Shown: piece by piece, positions 1-15,004 of the stretch
How positions within the stretch are numbered: position 1 is the first letter of the stretch
Layout: each line of letters opens with the position of its first letter
Assembly (NCBI GenBank): GCA_964016885.1
Contig: OZ024740.1
Coordinates: forward strand, 403,372,001-403,436,000
Length of the DNA stretch: 64,000 nucleotides
From: Eledone cirrhosa
Lineage: Eukaryota
Reading direction: 5' to 3'
Translations under genes and position numbers: made by a program
Notes under the pieces: model-generated
The model's database searches: none
What the model was told of the DNA's origin: nothing
The model's input: only the letters and a program-made list of their open reading frames with translations

Positions 1-52
1 ATATATATATAGTTACGTAATAAACAACATAAGTGGTTTCTTGAAAGCAAAC

Positions 53-84
<32 letters not shown>

Positions 85-207
85 GGAGGTGAGTTTTATT
101 GTAGTACAATAAAGCAATGCAGATATCGGATAAGAAGCACTCTACAGTTTGTAGGACTGGAGTATACATAATATATAAGATCAAAAGATGGTTAAAAGAG
201 TTCCATG

Positions 208-278
208 TATTTTATTATGCGCATTTCAAAAACAAATATCATCATGCAATAATATTTGTGTTTTCATCAGATAAAATA
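208..278 (-). ncRNA. Type I hammerhead ribozyme motif (intact core)
   Basis: UAUUUUAU-CUGAUGA-[stem II ACAAAUAUUAUU/GAUGAUAUUUGU]-GAAA-UGCGCA-UA|AUAAAAUA. 8-bp stem I, palindromic stem III AUGCGCAU. Confidence 0.85.
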
Positions 279-416
279 GGAAGACATGATATGAAGGTTA
301 AAAAACACTTGTGAATAGTGCAGTTTTAAATCAACATATGTTGATTTAAATCAACATATGTTGATTTAAAACTGCACTATTCACAAGTGTTTTTTAACCT
401 TCATATCATGTCTTCC

Positions 417-487
417 TATTTTATCTGATGAAAACACAAATATTATTGCATGATGATATTTGTTTTTGAAATCCGCATAATAAAATA
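417..487 (+). ncRNA. Type I hammerhead ribozyme motif (inverted copy, stem III substitution)
   Basis: Same as 208-278 except stem III reads AUCCGCAU, which breaks the palindrome. Confidence 0.75.
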
Positions 488-515
488 CATGGAACTCTTT
501 TAACCATCTTTTGAT

Positions 516-636
<121 letters not shown>

Positions 637-681
637 AAAAGGTAAACAGAAATAACAACACAATCGGTACAGTATATGGAT

Positions 682-718
<37 letters not shown>

Positions 719-742
719 ATAATAATAAATATATATATATAT

Positions 743-1629
743 ATATTTATTAAAATAACAGATTAAAATTTAAGCAAAGAATCGCTGCTTTCACCCTGAA
801 CGGGATCTTTTGAAACTAAAAAAATCAATCTGTGAACGCAGAAGTAAATATTTTAAAAAACGTTGCAACCGAAGGAGGACAGGAAAACGATACTTTGGTT
901 CGTGGAAACGTTCCCTGGCAAAGAACGGATAAAGACAAAGATAATATGTCATAATTTGGAGCGGTGAAAACAATTACTGTATACATATAATTATATAAAC
1001 GTACGAACTATACGCGGATATTTTACGTCTTGATGTGGTAGCTAAGTATATGTTATGTTTATACCATTACTTATTTGTATAGGTAAGTATATTTTACCTG
1101 TAGTTTTGTGAAGGTACGTATACTTTCTCGTACGTATATTTGCTTGTATATGTTATGGCGTATATATTATATATACTGGTACATGTGCATATGGTTATGC
1201 GCATACGTGAGTTTTGTGTCTGTGTGAGTATGCGGGTTCGTACGTATGTAGGGTGTGTCTATATGTGTACTTTGTGTTTTGGTTGACGTACGTCTGCGTA
1301 CATATGTGTATTTAGAGGTGGTATGTGTGTGAGCGCGTTTATACGTATTTATGTGTGTATATTTATATACGTTTATATAATTATATGTATACAGTAATTG
1401 TTTTCAACGCTCCAAATTATGACGTATTATCTTTGTCTTTATCCGTTCTTTGCCAGGGAACGTTTCCACGAACCAAAATATCGTCTTCCTGTCTTCCTTC
1501 AGTTGCAACGTTTTTTGAAATATTTACTTCTGCGTTCACAGATTGATTTTTTTTAGTTTCAGTAGATCCCGTTAAGGGTGAAAGCAGTGATTCTTTGCTT
1601 AAACTTTAATCTGTTATTTTAATAAATAT
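743..1629. repeat. Inverted repeat, arms about 260 bp with a spacer of about 365 bp
   Basis: 743-1002 is the reverse complement of 1368-1629 with scattered mismatches. Confidence 0.9.
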
Positions 1630-2460
1630 TTGCTCTACGGTTCTTATATATTTTATATATATGTATCCTATCCGAGCCCTCTTTGGGTTTTAGTCTTCAA
1701 ACAGATCTACACAATGATCGCGTCTCGAGCTGTCTGCCGGCGAAACAATTGTAACACACAATAAATTGAGTTCAGATGCATCACCGATTTTTCGTTTTCT
1801 ATTCTCTCTCTATATATATATATATATGTGTATATATATATATATATATTAGCTCTGGACATAGCTATCCACCAGTTAATTTTATTGCTAATTTTTTGTC
1901 GATTCTATTGAGTGATGAATAGCTTTTGTTTTATTTTAACATGTCTATTGAGCACTCTAATTCGATATGTGTATTTCCACATTCACTCGAATTGTTTTCG
2001 CGGATATAGGGGTTATCTCCCTTGTCTAATGCCATGTGCGTTTTTCACATGTGCGTTTTTCACCTCTACCGCCAGGAAAAAAGCTCGTTGAGAAAGTAAA
2101 ACTCCGTTCCGCTTGCTCTAGTAGGCTTTTATATTTATATGTGAGCTGATAGAGTACAGTCTAAGGATTTACAGAAACCCATGAAGCTAGATTTAACACC
2201 TGTCTAGTGGGTCCGGGTATGATTTTACATTCATTTAAATTATTGACGTATTGTTTTATTGATATTTTTTATCTGTTTGTCCCGAATCTTCCTTTATCGA
2301 TTTTTTATCGTATGGTTGATTGTAGACTTGTTCTATATGTGACGGTATTTTAACGATAGTTATAGCTCTGATTCATCTGAATTATTGAGCCCTCTGCCGC
2401 TCATTTCGAATCTCGTTTATCGTGAACTCGTGCGCCGATTTTTCGATACTCGATCTTTCT

Positions 2461-2989
2461 AATATATATATATATATATATGTGCGTGTGTGTGTGGTGT
2501 GTGTGTGTGTCTGATGGTAGCTAAGATGTTTCCATATGCGGTATGTCGGTTGAGCACTCTATGCTCTTACAGAGCAGAGTATGATAGAATAAAAAACGAA
2601 AAATCGGTGATGCATCTGAACTCAATTTATTGTGTGTTACAATTGTTTCGCCGGCGGACAGCTTGAGACGCGATCATCGTGTGGATCTGTTTGATTCTGG
2701 ACCCGCAGGTTCGACGGACACGTCTAATGTGAGAGAATATGCTCCGAAATCATTAGACGTGTCCGTCGAACCTGCGGGTCCAGAATCAAACAGATCCACA
2801 CAATGATCGCGTCTCGAGCTGTCCATCGGCGAAACAATTGTAACACACAATAAATTGAGTTCAGATGCATCACTGATTTTTCGTTTGTTATTCTATCATA
2901 CTCTGCTCTGTAAGGGCATAAGAGTGCTCAACCGACATACCGCATATGGAAGCATCTTAGCTACCATCAGACACACACACACACCACAC

Positions 2990-3020
<31 letters not shown>
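2461..3020. repeat. Fold-back palindrome, arms about 270 bp, 21-bp loop
   Basis: 2461-2729 versus 2751-3020. A third partial copy lies at about 1698-1803. Confidence 0.92.
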
Positions 3021-3075
<55 letters not shown>

Positions 3076-3438
3076 GGAGTTTAGAAGTCAGTAGGTGGGT
3101 GAGAGAGACGGGACGAAAGAGATAGTTTCTGTATTTATGTATTTATGTATGTGTCTATGTATATATAAAGCAATTAAAAAGTGACAACCGGGTGGCCTTA
3201 CAACGGCACCATTGTTTATATTGAACATGTGGAATACATTCTTTTAGTATTTAGAGTGTATCAGAGGGCGATTTAGTTTGGCAATCTGGTTTATTGTGTA
3301 AAGAGCGATTCTTAAACAGTGCTATGTCATTTCATAGTCACATCTGACCAACGGATTGTTCTAGCTAGAAGAGTGGTTGCTTTTGTCTAGTGTAGTGTTG
3401 TATATTTTCCCTATATTTCTTATATATTTTTTCGCTGC

Positions 3439-3548
3439 GTGATGGCGCGTGGCTTAGTGTTTAGGATGTCGTGCTCACAGTCGTGTGGCCATGAGTTCAG
3501 TTCCAGGACCAAGCGATGCGTTGTGTTCTTGAGCAAGACACTTAACTG
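3439..3548 (+). mobile_element. Second SINE family (tRNA head + CORE-like domain), fragment
   Basis: TGGCTTAGTGTTTAGG A box, GAGTTCAGTTCC B box, then TTGTGTTCTTGAGCAAGACACTTAAC. Related copies at 25730-25960 and 46498-46640. Confidence 0.65.
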
Positions 3549-4227
3549 GAAAACATTTGTACCACCAGTAACAGGATTTCCGTCCAAATCTGAGTTCTCC
3601 ACCTGCAACGAGACTGGTGACAAGTTCTATCGACCTTTAACTTCCCATTTGACAACAGCTGTGACGTGGAGAAGCGAGGTAGTATGCTATGTTTGTTTTG
3701 TTTTCTTAATATCGGGTGTATTTGGGACAGGGAATCTATGGAGTTTTCTTAAACATGTTTATCTGTAATGGGGAGAAAATACTTAAATCGACCCGTAGTA
3801 ATGAAAAAACAATGAGTTACGTTACTATGCCTTAAGAAGAAATATCCAAACAACTCTATCTGCTTCAATCTGTTAGAAATAGTAGAAAAGTCTCCCTCAC
3901 ATCATGCCCTACCGCCGTAAAAAATAAATGGAAATATAGGATAATATAGCCCTCAGTGTAGACAATCCTGAAAATAAATTAAGATGCTCCCGGACTAAAC
4001 AAACAACAATAACATATCTATGTGTTCATACAGAGCCCTTCGTTGAGTTATGCTGGTTATATAAAATAGAATGTAAAAATAATGGACCAAACAATGTTTT
4101 AAGTTTTAATACATTAAGGTATAATATATATTATAACTTAAATTTCAGTTGTCAGATGAGTTCTTGGAGCATAGAAGTCGCTATGTAGTTTCTTAACAGT
4201 TGACTGATAAAATGAAAAGTCAGTCAA

Positions 4228-4523
4228 TCATATTGGTGGCCACCCCACAGCCCCGGTGGACAGAATGGAGAAGGCGTTTCCCCGGAGGACGGCAAGGGAG
4301 ATGCGCTGGAAAAGCCATTCCAACTCGCGAGGCTCACACCTGCGGCTGGCCAGCTCAGCGCCGATGGTGGTGATTAGGGAGGTAGACCTAGGGCCGAGGA
4401 CACCCGAAGTCTCCACTGCCAAAGGTACGACCGCGAACCTGTCGGAGAGCGACCGGTATTTGGAGAGTTTGGCCTCCTCAGCCCGACGTGCAGCAGAACC
4501 TGGGTTAGTCGCAGACTGCACCT
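4228..4523 (-). mobile_element. 3' fragment of a CRE-like non-LTR retrotransposon (RLE domain)
   Basis: AARRAEEAKLSKY...VPLAVETSGVLG...LFQRISLAVLRGNA is the typical CRE-clade C-terminus. Confidence 0.75.
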
Positions 4524-4804
4524 TGTCAGATTATGTTAGAAGTAACAGATAACGCTACTTTCCAAATCTACTTATATTTTGCCTTGGGCTACTTGCAATT
4601 GGGGGTGATCTGCATGTTAATAGTTATTTTTAATTTTAAGTTAATGATACTTTAGACTAATCAATGAAATTTATGGACAAATTAAGTGTTAGATGCAGAC
4701 CTGCCAACCTCTAAAATCCCAAACGGGAAAAAAGTGCCCCCAAATGGGGAGAAATGAGGCAAAATGGAGATATTTTACATAATGAAAGCTATACTCATTT
4801 TCAC

Positions 4805-6705
4805 GAGAGAAGACATCTCTCACCCACCCCAAAGTGGCTGAGATACCTCTCCGTCCGACAAGGAGAGTTGATAGGTCTGTAGATGTGAATTGAGGGGTAT
4901 TGGCTACTATTTCTAGCATATCAATCATCAACATCTAAGCTTCCTGGTATAATAAACTAAACCAAAACAAAATAAATACTCAATAAGTATACGATCCTTC
5001 AATATCCGCTTCTACTACGTCGTAACTTATACTCAAGGATTAATGAAGCTTGAAAAAGCTAAGTTATAAAATTCTATTAGCACAAAAGTATTCTCATTTA
5101 TACAATGGCCAAGTGGTACGATATAATGTTTCAAAAAGCCTAGCTTAACTCATCCACAATTTTCAAATTAGGTGAGAGAAGTAGAAATATGCTGCCAATA
5201 AAGCTTTGTGTAAATTGTTCAAAATGAAGCCGTGAATTGGCAGTCGTTAAAACGTCGGATAGAATACTTTACGGAAGTCAACTTTACTTTTCAACTGTTC
5301 AGGGTTGATAAAATCTAGCTGTCGAGTACTAGGGTCGATTCATTCTCTATCTTTCTTTCTCACTTCCTCTCTCTTACTCTCTACTTCTCTGAAAATATCG
5401 GCTATGTTCAGATCTAGAGAAGGGATAGCCTCTTCCAGTTTTAAAGTGCCCAAAAGACACTGTATGTCATGACGGCTCCTCTATAGTGCCATTAGTAGGT
5501 GTGGCTGCATACATACATATATACAAATTGCGCAAAATCGAGTCTTCTACAAAACATTAAAAAATATTACTCAACTTCATATCAATTCTCAAAATAACAA
5601 AATTATAACTATAGTTGCCAGCATTCGTATCTGGTCAAACACGTTTTCGTTGTGTCAAAGAGCTTATTAATAAATGAATTCCTTCATATTCAATTGCAGC
5701 TGATTTGAAATTACATAAAACTGTGCAACTTTGAAGGTTGTTGGTAACAACTTTTTATTTTCAATGTGTAAATTAATGTGTAAATTGTGTGAAAAAATTA
5801 ACATTGGGTTCGAGTTCTCTAATTTGGCCAGAACATTTCCATAAAAACAAATTCCCTAAGTAAAAGGAAATACATTCTGTATAAAAATGATGCGTAAGGT
5901 TTTGAGATGGGCGTGCAACGAAATCTTGAACCTTAAAGCTAGAAATATTGAAATCCTTTAAAATATTTTTTAAATGTCCACAAGAGTTCGTTTTAGTCAT
6001 ATTTGCCCACATATGCAGCTCTTATTTGAGCCTTGGCTGGCCAATATAAAATTTAAGAAGTAGCGAACCAATGGTGCAAACTGCTAACTCTAGATTAGAA
6101 AAGTATATTTCCTGAAGAAATTTCTATTAAGTCAGAATTTTAGTGTAAAACAAGATTTTTAAAATGCATCTGGTGAGTCTAGTTGGCCAGACTTGATAGA
6201 TTATGCTCTGACTATTTACAATGTGCCATTGAGGAATGCCACGAGTGAAAGAAGATTTTCAAGAGTAACCTCCACTAAGACTAAACAAAAAATAGGCTGG
6301 AATTAGATCAACTTTTGTCAATTTTAATACTATGTGTAAACTTTAATGTACAAAATATTTGCTGATATGATTTTATTCCAAGCGAAGTCAAATCGAAGTA
6401 CAGCAATCAATTACAAAACTGAAGAAGAAATTACTGAAGATAATTCTGTTTACAAAATTGTTATCTTTAATGTTTAAAATTAAATGTTCCCCGAAATAAA
6501 CATTACAAGCTGATGCTTATTTTTGAAATGTTCATGCAATCTGTTTTGGTTTAGTTTATTATACCAGGAAGCTTAGATGTGGATGATTGATATGCTAGAA
6601 ATAGTAGCCAATACTCCTCAATTCACATCTACAGACCTATCAACTCTCCCCGTCCGATGGGGAGGTCTCTCAACCACTTTGGGGTGGGTGAAAAATGTTT
6701 TCTCT
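4805..6705. repeat. Inverted pair of about 165 bp (4805-4969 / 6542-6705) bracketing the hAT fragment
   Basis: Clear reverse-complement match. The core GCTAGAAATAG(T/C)AGCCAA recurs as a dispersed repeat elsewhere in the window. Confidence 0.85.
5600..6450 (+). mobile_element. Decayed hAT transposase C-terminal fragment
   Basis: 6181-6335 translates to SWPDLIDYALTIYNVPLRNATSERRFSRVTSTKTKQK(fs)NRLELDQLLSIL, the hAT dimerization motif. TIR-like CAGACCTGCCAAC upstream at 4696. Confidence 0.65.
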
Positions 6706-7105
6706 TACTTTGTAAGTACCATTTGAAAATTTAGTTAATATTATGAAATTTTCTAGAAATCCAGTTTAATAGAGTTTATTCTATAATATGGCAATACTTG
6801 AATCACTTTCATAATTTTGTTTTTTTATTATTATTTTTATTTGTATGTTGTTTTTTTTTTTGGAGGGTGCATCATACGAATTTATTTTCAACATCTGCAT
6901 ATTACTGCTATTAATTGCTATATAAGACATAGATGAAGCTTGTTAGACTGTGGGAGAGGCCGTAATATTACAAGGAGCAGGTCGCAAGTGTATAAGAACC
7001 TGTGATACCGCATTTATGCTGGAAAATGTATTGAATCTTTAATTCTGCTAATTCACAAGAATATAACTTATACTAAATTACGATTTTTATCATAAGGCTT
7101 AAACC

Positions 7106-7141
<36 letters not shown>

Positions 7142-7142
7142 G

Positions 7143-7187
<45 letters not shown>

Positions 7188-7772
7188 CTTCGTCTCGATC
7201 AGAGACAACATTGTTTTTTCATATATATATATTTCATAAGTATGACCGATAGTCAATCATGGAATTACTATGCAGATCACAATTTTAACTTGAAGCTACG
7301 TATCAATAAAAGCAATTTTTTTATTACAACCACTAGAATTCGAGAAAACTGCTTGTGGTCTTCATAAGCAATTGTCAATTCACTTAAACGCAAAATGTAA
7401 AGAAATATCCTACATACTACAAAAAGAAAAAATAGAATTGTTTATCAGATGATGAAGGAAATTGCCTGAAGTATTAGGTAATTCTTTCTCTCGCAACAAA
7501 CTTTAAATATTAATTTTGAACAATATCATTGTTTTGTTTAAAACTTTGTCATTCATAAAGGGAGGTCTGCAGGACTGCGTACGGTTTATTTTTTTTATCC
7601 CGTTAGTAAAATAAGTTGGATTACTTTGAATAAATAATGAATGAATATTACATAATTTATCTACTAAATTTCGTAAACAAAAATAATTTCGTAAAAATAA
7701 ATAATTTAAAATTGACTTCTTTTCAAAGTTGCACTTCCGGTATATCGTCGCCACCACCACCACTTCAACTAC

Positions 7773-8088
7773 CATATATATAGAAAGAGAGAGTGTGTGA
7801 TGTCAACACTTCCGGTGGCGATCACTTAAATAAACATACTAATTTTCTGTCACTAATTTTCTCCTAATGCAGTTTATATATAATATCGTCCTTTTTTACT
7901 ATATCATGGATTACGTTACTGATTACATAAGACAGTGTAACAACGTCTTCGTTCAATTTCTGTTTATATTGTCAATTACGATTTTATTTGATGTATCATA
8001 TCTATATGTATATATACTTGCGTATAATATCAATATACACACTACACATGCTAGCAGAAAATCACCCGAAGGGTGGTTTTTCTACTAG
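7773..8088 (+). mobile_element. Short non-autonomous Helitron-like element
   Basis: Starts ..ATATATATAGAAAG. Ends with hairpin AAAATCACCC-GAA-GGGTGGTTTT then CTAG. A diverged inverted copy lies at 15624-15905. Confidence 0.6.
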
Positions 8089-8485
8089 CAATGTAATAAT
8101 TCAGTAAATGTCGTTATACCGTCTGAGAAGATGTTTTGCAACATTCATTCCGGTTCTCTGCACCCTGAGTCTAGATTTCACCGAGGCTAACTGCTTTTCA
8201 TTGATAAAGTACCAGGCAAGTACTGGAGTTGATTCTTCTTCTTTTTCACTTGTTTCTCCCCTCATTCTCTTTCCTTTTCTCTCTCTTTCTCTCTCTTACT
8301 CTCTCTTTCTCTCTCTTTCTCTCTCTTTCTCTCTCTTTCTCTCCCTCTCTCTTCCTCTCTCTTTGCGAGAAATAGTCAAACAGATGATGGAAGGACGCAA
8401 CCATATTTTAAATGTCCAAAATAAATCATAGGGCGATGCACATATGATTAAATTTATGAGTTGTAGGAATTAGTGATTATCTAAA

Positions 8486-9478
8486 GTTGATGGAATGGCA
8501 GAATCAATAGAGAAACGGACAAAATGTTTTGTAGTAAATAATTACGGGTTCAAATTTCGCCGACGCCAACATTGACAATTTTATCTCCAGAAGGATAAAA
8601 GGCTGTGAGAGACTGGGTCGATCTAGTCGCCTGATGTCTCCGGGAAAATGTGTGACCTTTTGCCACTATTAGAAACCAGGGCAGTGGCTTGGCAGTATCG
8701 GTAGAGGTTCGGACGCCATGCTTTGCAGCAAAGAGTTACGGCCCTTTATGGTCTGAGTTCAAATCCCGCCTAGGTTAACTTTGCCTTTCATCCTTAAGGG
8801 ATTGATAAAATAAAGTACCAGTGGTACACTGCGATAATTTCTGGCCTTGTGCCAAAAGTAGAAACAATTATTAATTCAGTAAGCGTGGTTGAATGGTAGT
8901 ATCGATGGAGCGTCGGACAAACTGCTTTGTAGCATTTAGTCACGGCCCTTTATGTTCTGAGTTCGAATTCTGTGAAGGTCAGTTTTACCTTTCATCCTTT
9001 CGGTGTTGATAAAATAAAGTAACCAGTAAAGTATTGGGGTCGATTTGATCGACATTCCCATCGCCCACCAGCAGATTGCTGTTTTGGTACCAAGATTAGA
9101 AATCATTATTAATTAAGGGTGAGGGATTGGCAATATCGGTAGAGCGTCAGACACCTTGCTTTTCAGCATAGAGTTATGGCCCTTTACGATCTGAGTTCAA
9201 ATCCTGCCAAGGTTAACTTTGCCTTCATCCTTACGGAGTCGATAAAATAAAGTACCAGTAATGCACTGGGATAATTGCTGGCCTTGTGCCAAATGTAGAA
9301 ACAATTATTAATTAAGGGTGGGGGATTGGCAGCATAGAGTTATGACCCTTTATGTTCGGATTTCAAATCCCGCTGAGGTTAGTTTTGCATTTCATCCTTA
9401 CGAGGTCGATAAAATAAAGCATCAGTAATGCACTGAGGTAATTGCTGGCCTTGTGCCAAAAATAGAAACAATTATTAA
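8486..9478 (+). mobile_element. Head-to-tail cluster of about 5 tRNA-derived SINEs
   Basis: Repeated units of about 190-230 bp: A-box-like TGGCAGTATCGG, B box GAGTTCAAATCC, core GCCTTTCATCCTTACGGGGTCGATAAAATAAAGTACCAG (resembles the Meta/MESC-type core), tail GGCCTTGTGCCAAAAGTAGAAACAATTATT. Confidence 0.85.
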
Positions 9479-9674
9479 TTTAGTTAGTCCTGTAGCCGGA
9501 ACATAACGGTTAGTCTTTTCAGTGAAAGATTGTAAAACAGAAGATGTTAATTGAAAAGTCAATATATTAGTTAACTGCATTACTGTATATTAGAGAATTG
9601 TTTAGAACCCTGGTGTTGAGAAACATATAGAATCATTATAACATTTGACTAATAAAATGACAAGTCAGTCAATC

Positions 9675-9965
9675 ATATTGGTGGCCTCCCCACACCGCAG
9701 GTAGGCGTTTCCCCAGAGGACAGCAAGGGGGATGCGCTGGAAAAACCATTCCAGCTCGCGAGGCTCACACCTGCGGCTGGCCAGCTCAGCGCCTATGGTG
9801 GTGAGTAGGGAGGTAGCCCTAGGGCTGAGGACACCAGAAGTCTCCACTGCCAAGGGTACAACCGCAAACCTGTCGGAAAGTGACCGGTATTTGAAGAGTT
9901 TGGTCTCCTCAGCCCGACGTGCAGCAGAACCTGGGTTAGTCGCGGACTGCACCAGGTTGAGGATC
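9675..9965 (-). mobile_element. 3' fragment of the CRE-like element, copy 2
   Basis: Highly similar to 4228-4523, including the adjacent sequence TTGACT.ATAAAATGA.AAGTCAGTCAATCATATTGG. Confidence 0.75.
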
Positions 9966-10529
9966 AGCCGGAACATGAAAATCATCACAAAAAAACAACA
10001 AAAACAAGTGAAGTCGACTCAATCTATATTTATATAATTGTGAACAACGAAGCATAAAATGTTGATTCCATTCAGGACTATAGGTTCTCAAGAAAAAGAT
10101 AGAGAAGGAAAAGCAAAAAGAAAAAGGGAGGCGGGGTGGGGAAAGGGAGAAGGGTAATTAAAGAGTGAAAATTAAAAGCAAAAACGGGTTTTTAAGTTAG
10201 ATAAATAAACGAATAAGAAAAACAAATAGATGTGAAGAGTAAGCGTAGAGACGACGAAGAGAAGCAGGTGGCATAGAAAATGGGCAGATGATGCCACACA
10301 GGGAACAGAGTGGAAAGGCGATGGGCGGCCTATACCAAATATGGCAAACATCACAACAGACAGCTACATCTTTGATGTTCTTAGGTACATGTTTCTTGTC
10401 TCGTTATGCGCTTCTTGCTGATGTTAACCATTCACTTAGGGGTTTTTCAGATACGTCTAACAGGGATTGGGTTTGAGACACTTTCGTTACTATCGCAAGA
10501 AAAACAGAAACCTCCAAATTACATAAAAC

Positions 10530-11605
<1,076 letters not shown>

Positions 11606-11791
11606 AAATGGTAATGTATATTAGTTCAACGGTATGACACATTGCAAATTTCATCTTTCGAACACATGCTTAAATTTTGTGGACAATAGGTGTTTATATA
11701 AATTCCCATATACACACACATACACACTCGTATAATATAGACAAGCAGACATACGGATAGTCTGACACTATGTATATGTACACACATATAT

Positions 11792-11870
<79 letters not shown>

Positions 11871-11910
11871 TTCCAAATATTAACAAAATAGATATTCTTG
11901 TGATCAATTA

Positions 11911-11977
11911 TATTTTATTATACATATTTCAGAGGTACTGAATTAAGTTCAACAGTACGTCCTCATCAGATAAAATA
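11911..11977 (-). ncRNA. Type I hammerhead ribozyme motif
   Basis: UAUUUUAU-CUGAUGA-GGAC GUACUG..CAGUAC CUCU-GAAA-UAUGUA-UA|AUAAAAUA. Canonical core, 8-bp stem I, self-complementary stem III with a wobble pair. Confidence 0.85.
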
Positions 11978-12309
11978 AAATGATACATGACATACCCTGA
12001 CATGGTAGATGGTTAAGATTTAATCAAGGTAGTGATTAACTTATGACAAAACTCAATATTTATACCCTAATATTGAGAACATGAGAAAACGTAATACAAA
12101 CAATATATTAATAACTCTGGAAAATATTTTACTGTAGAGTGCTTCCAATCTATTGTAAAACTCATTCTTTGATGAATCTTGTTTAACTCTTAAATATATA
12201 TATATACACAGGTCAACAGCTTAAACAGAACGAACTTGATAAAATCCTAAACGAAAAGATTATGTTTTACTTACTAATAAATTGTTACAGTTTAAGCTTG
12301 ATCCATTCA

Positions 12310-14117
12310 CTTAAAAATCAAATCTATTCTTTTTTTACTTTGAGCGAAAAGGTTAATAATTTTCTCCTTGATCCCTGGCTGACTGTTGATGAAATGTTTC
12401 TCCATTGAAAGCACTGCAAGTTCATTTAGTCTTTCGGGGTTCATAGTGCTCCTTAGAAAAGTGTTTTATTCTTTTCTGGCTTTGATGTAGTCATGAGAAT
12501 TGTCAAGAAGATTTTTATCAGTTTCGTAATTTCACTAAGAAAACCATCTAGATTATTTTCCAAGATAAATTTTAGCAACTCAATTAATTTGCAATATTCA
12601 TGCATATCAGATCTACAATATAATACTTTTAGTTCAGTTTCAAACTTTTCTTTGTCAATCATGGGATATGCTTCAGTGGTCAGTACTATCTCTTCTATAG
12701 GCAGCTCATTCTTGAAACTAGTGAAGCTTTTTTCGCTGAACAATTTAGCAGGTACTAAGTATTTAGTGGAAGAATATCTATTCATTATATCAACACATAT
12801 GCAGTCACACACTTCCTTTGCTGTGAGAAGGATTCTCACAGTACTTCGAGTTTCTTATTTATAAAATAGCTGTTTTGAAATCTGTTATATACACATTAAT
12901 TATCGAGATTGCATTTGGTTGTAAATTACTTCAACATGAGGCATAATCTGATGAAAAATCTCTAACCAAAATATGAAATTATCATCATTCAGGAATTTAA
13001 AAATTCCTGTTGCTTTTGCAATGGTTTGATCTGCATTTAAGCAGCTTTTTAAAGGTTGCAAATTTTCATTAACTCTGTTCATGCTCCGTATGCTAAGGTT
13101 CCACCTTGTAGAGGATGGACGGGAGAATGCTTCTTGAGAATGGATACACGTTGTGGTGATCTTAAGAAGAATGCTGGAATAGCCAAAATGTTAGAGAAAA
13201 ATATTCTTGTGTTCCGTGTAATACTTGCATAAAATTTCACGGATCTTTTTAACCTTCATGTTATGCTCATTGATAGACAGTCTGTATGCCTCACTAAGTT
13301 TCTCCTTAATATTTACGTTTCCTAAAAGGAACAGTGAAACCACATTTTCTAACTTTTCATGTTTTCTGGGGTTTTTTCTTTCATTTTGTTTATATTTATA
13401 AAACCCTCTTTTGTCCATGTTACATCACTTCCAAACAGAAAACACGGGAAGCAAAACAATACATTTTTCACTTCACAGCCGCAGAGCCAACTTTTCTGTT
13501 GGTACCGTTCAGAATTAAAGCTACGAATATACCTCTTATTCCTGGCCGAGATATTTGAATATCAGGTGTTGAACGGCTTCTTTTCTTAACTGCAACTTTC
13601 TTATGGAGAGACAACTGTGAAAACAGAATTTATATCTTTGGGATGCATGGAGGTCATGATTAAATTATTTAAATTTTCTATACAATAAAACAACCCCAAA
13701 AAAAACTATGAATTAAATAGAATAGCTGGAAACATGATAATTATCTATAGTTTATCACATTCCAGAATATGGTACACAGTGTTTAAGCACAACACGCGCT
13801 GGGTAAAAAATAAACACTACCTTACACTCGGCCAACAGGGTCGGCATTGTGTGGGCGAGAGTGCTCTCTCTAGCCAGACAAATATGCATGCGCACAATAG
13901 CCAAACACCGCTCTCAGGAACTGTGAAGCACACAGTTCCATAGAAGGATTTTTGTAATTTTTCATGAACGAGGGGTTGGCTACTGACATTAAGTTTAAGA
14001 ATGATATAATGCACAAATATAAAGAAAGAATTAAAGAAAAAAAAGACTCATTATATTGAATGTTATCGATAATGTCGAGTGCTGCAGTTCTGGGTGCCTA
14101 TACACGAGCCATCACTG
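12310..14117 (-). mobile_element. Decayed hAT transposon (ZMYM1-like transposase)
   Basis: TTF-type zinc finger RSFNSERYQQKSWLCGCEVKNVLFCFPCFLF at about 13420-13530, core fragments, and dimerization-domain STMNPERLNELAVLSMEK near 12400-12450. Frameshifts and deletions. TIR-like CAGTGATGGCTCGTG at 14117. Confidence 0.8.
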
Positions 14118-14414
14118 CCTCCGTTTTCCCTCTTCCTTACTCCTTTCCCCTCTATCTTTAGTTCCTGAAAACTTCACGACGAAATAGCTTCGTGAACTGG
14201 AATGACGCTTCCAGTCAGTCTCCCTCACCATCCTCCGGCGAAACACCTTGTCTATCCTGTCTGCCGGGGCCGTTGGGCAGCCAGCGCGTGGAACCACATA
14301 TGTTTATAATAGTGAGAGATGGGAAGAGTGGGAGAGACGGAGTCAGTAACTGGCAGTTTGGTTCCATTGTGTTCAGAACTGATAGGTATGTATATAGTTA
14401 TTTACCACATCACA

Positions 14415-14850
<436 letters not shown>

Positions 14851-15004
14851 CTGAAATTTACTTCATTAACCACTTCTCTGTCCAAGGTATTCAGCTTTAT
14901 CAAACTTGGTGATTAAAGCAAGGCCAGATATGACTGGAAATAATTTAGGTTCTTTCAGTCTGCCACTCTATCATTTCACTTCCGTCTCGGTTCACTTCAC
15001 TCTG

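Noticed and set aside
790-920. Hammerhead in the 743-1629 inverted repeat
   Set aside because: CUGAACG...GAAAC and AGGAAGA...GAAACGUUC lack a canonical core with compatible stems.
7452-7488. Hairpin preceded by AUGA (SECIS-like)
   Set aside because: No matching GA quartet or apical AA geometry, and no linked UGA-containing ORF.
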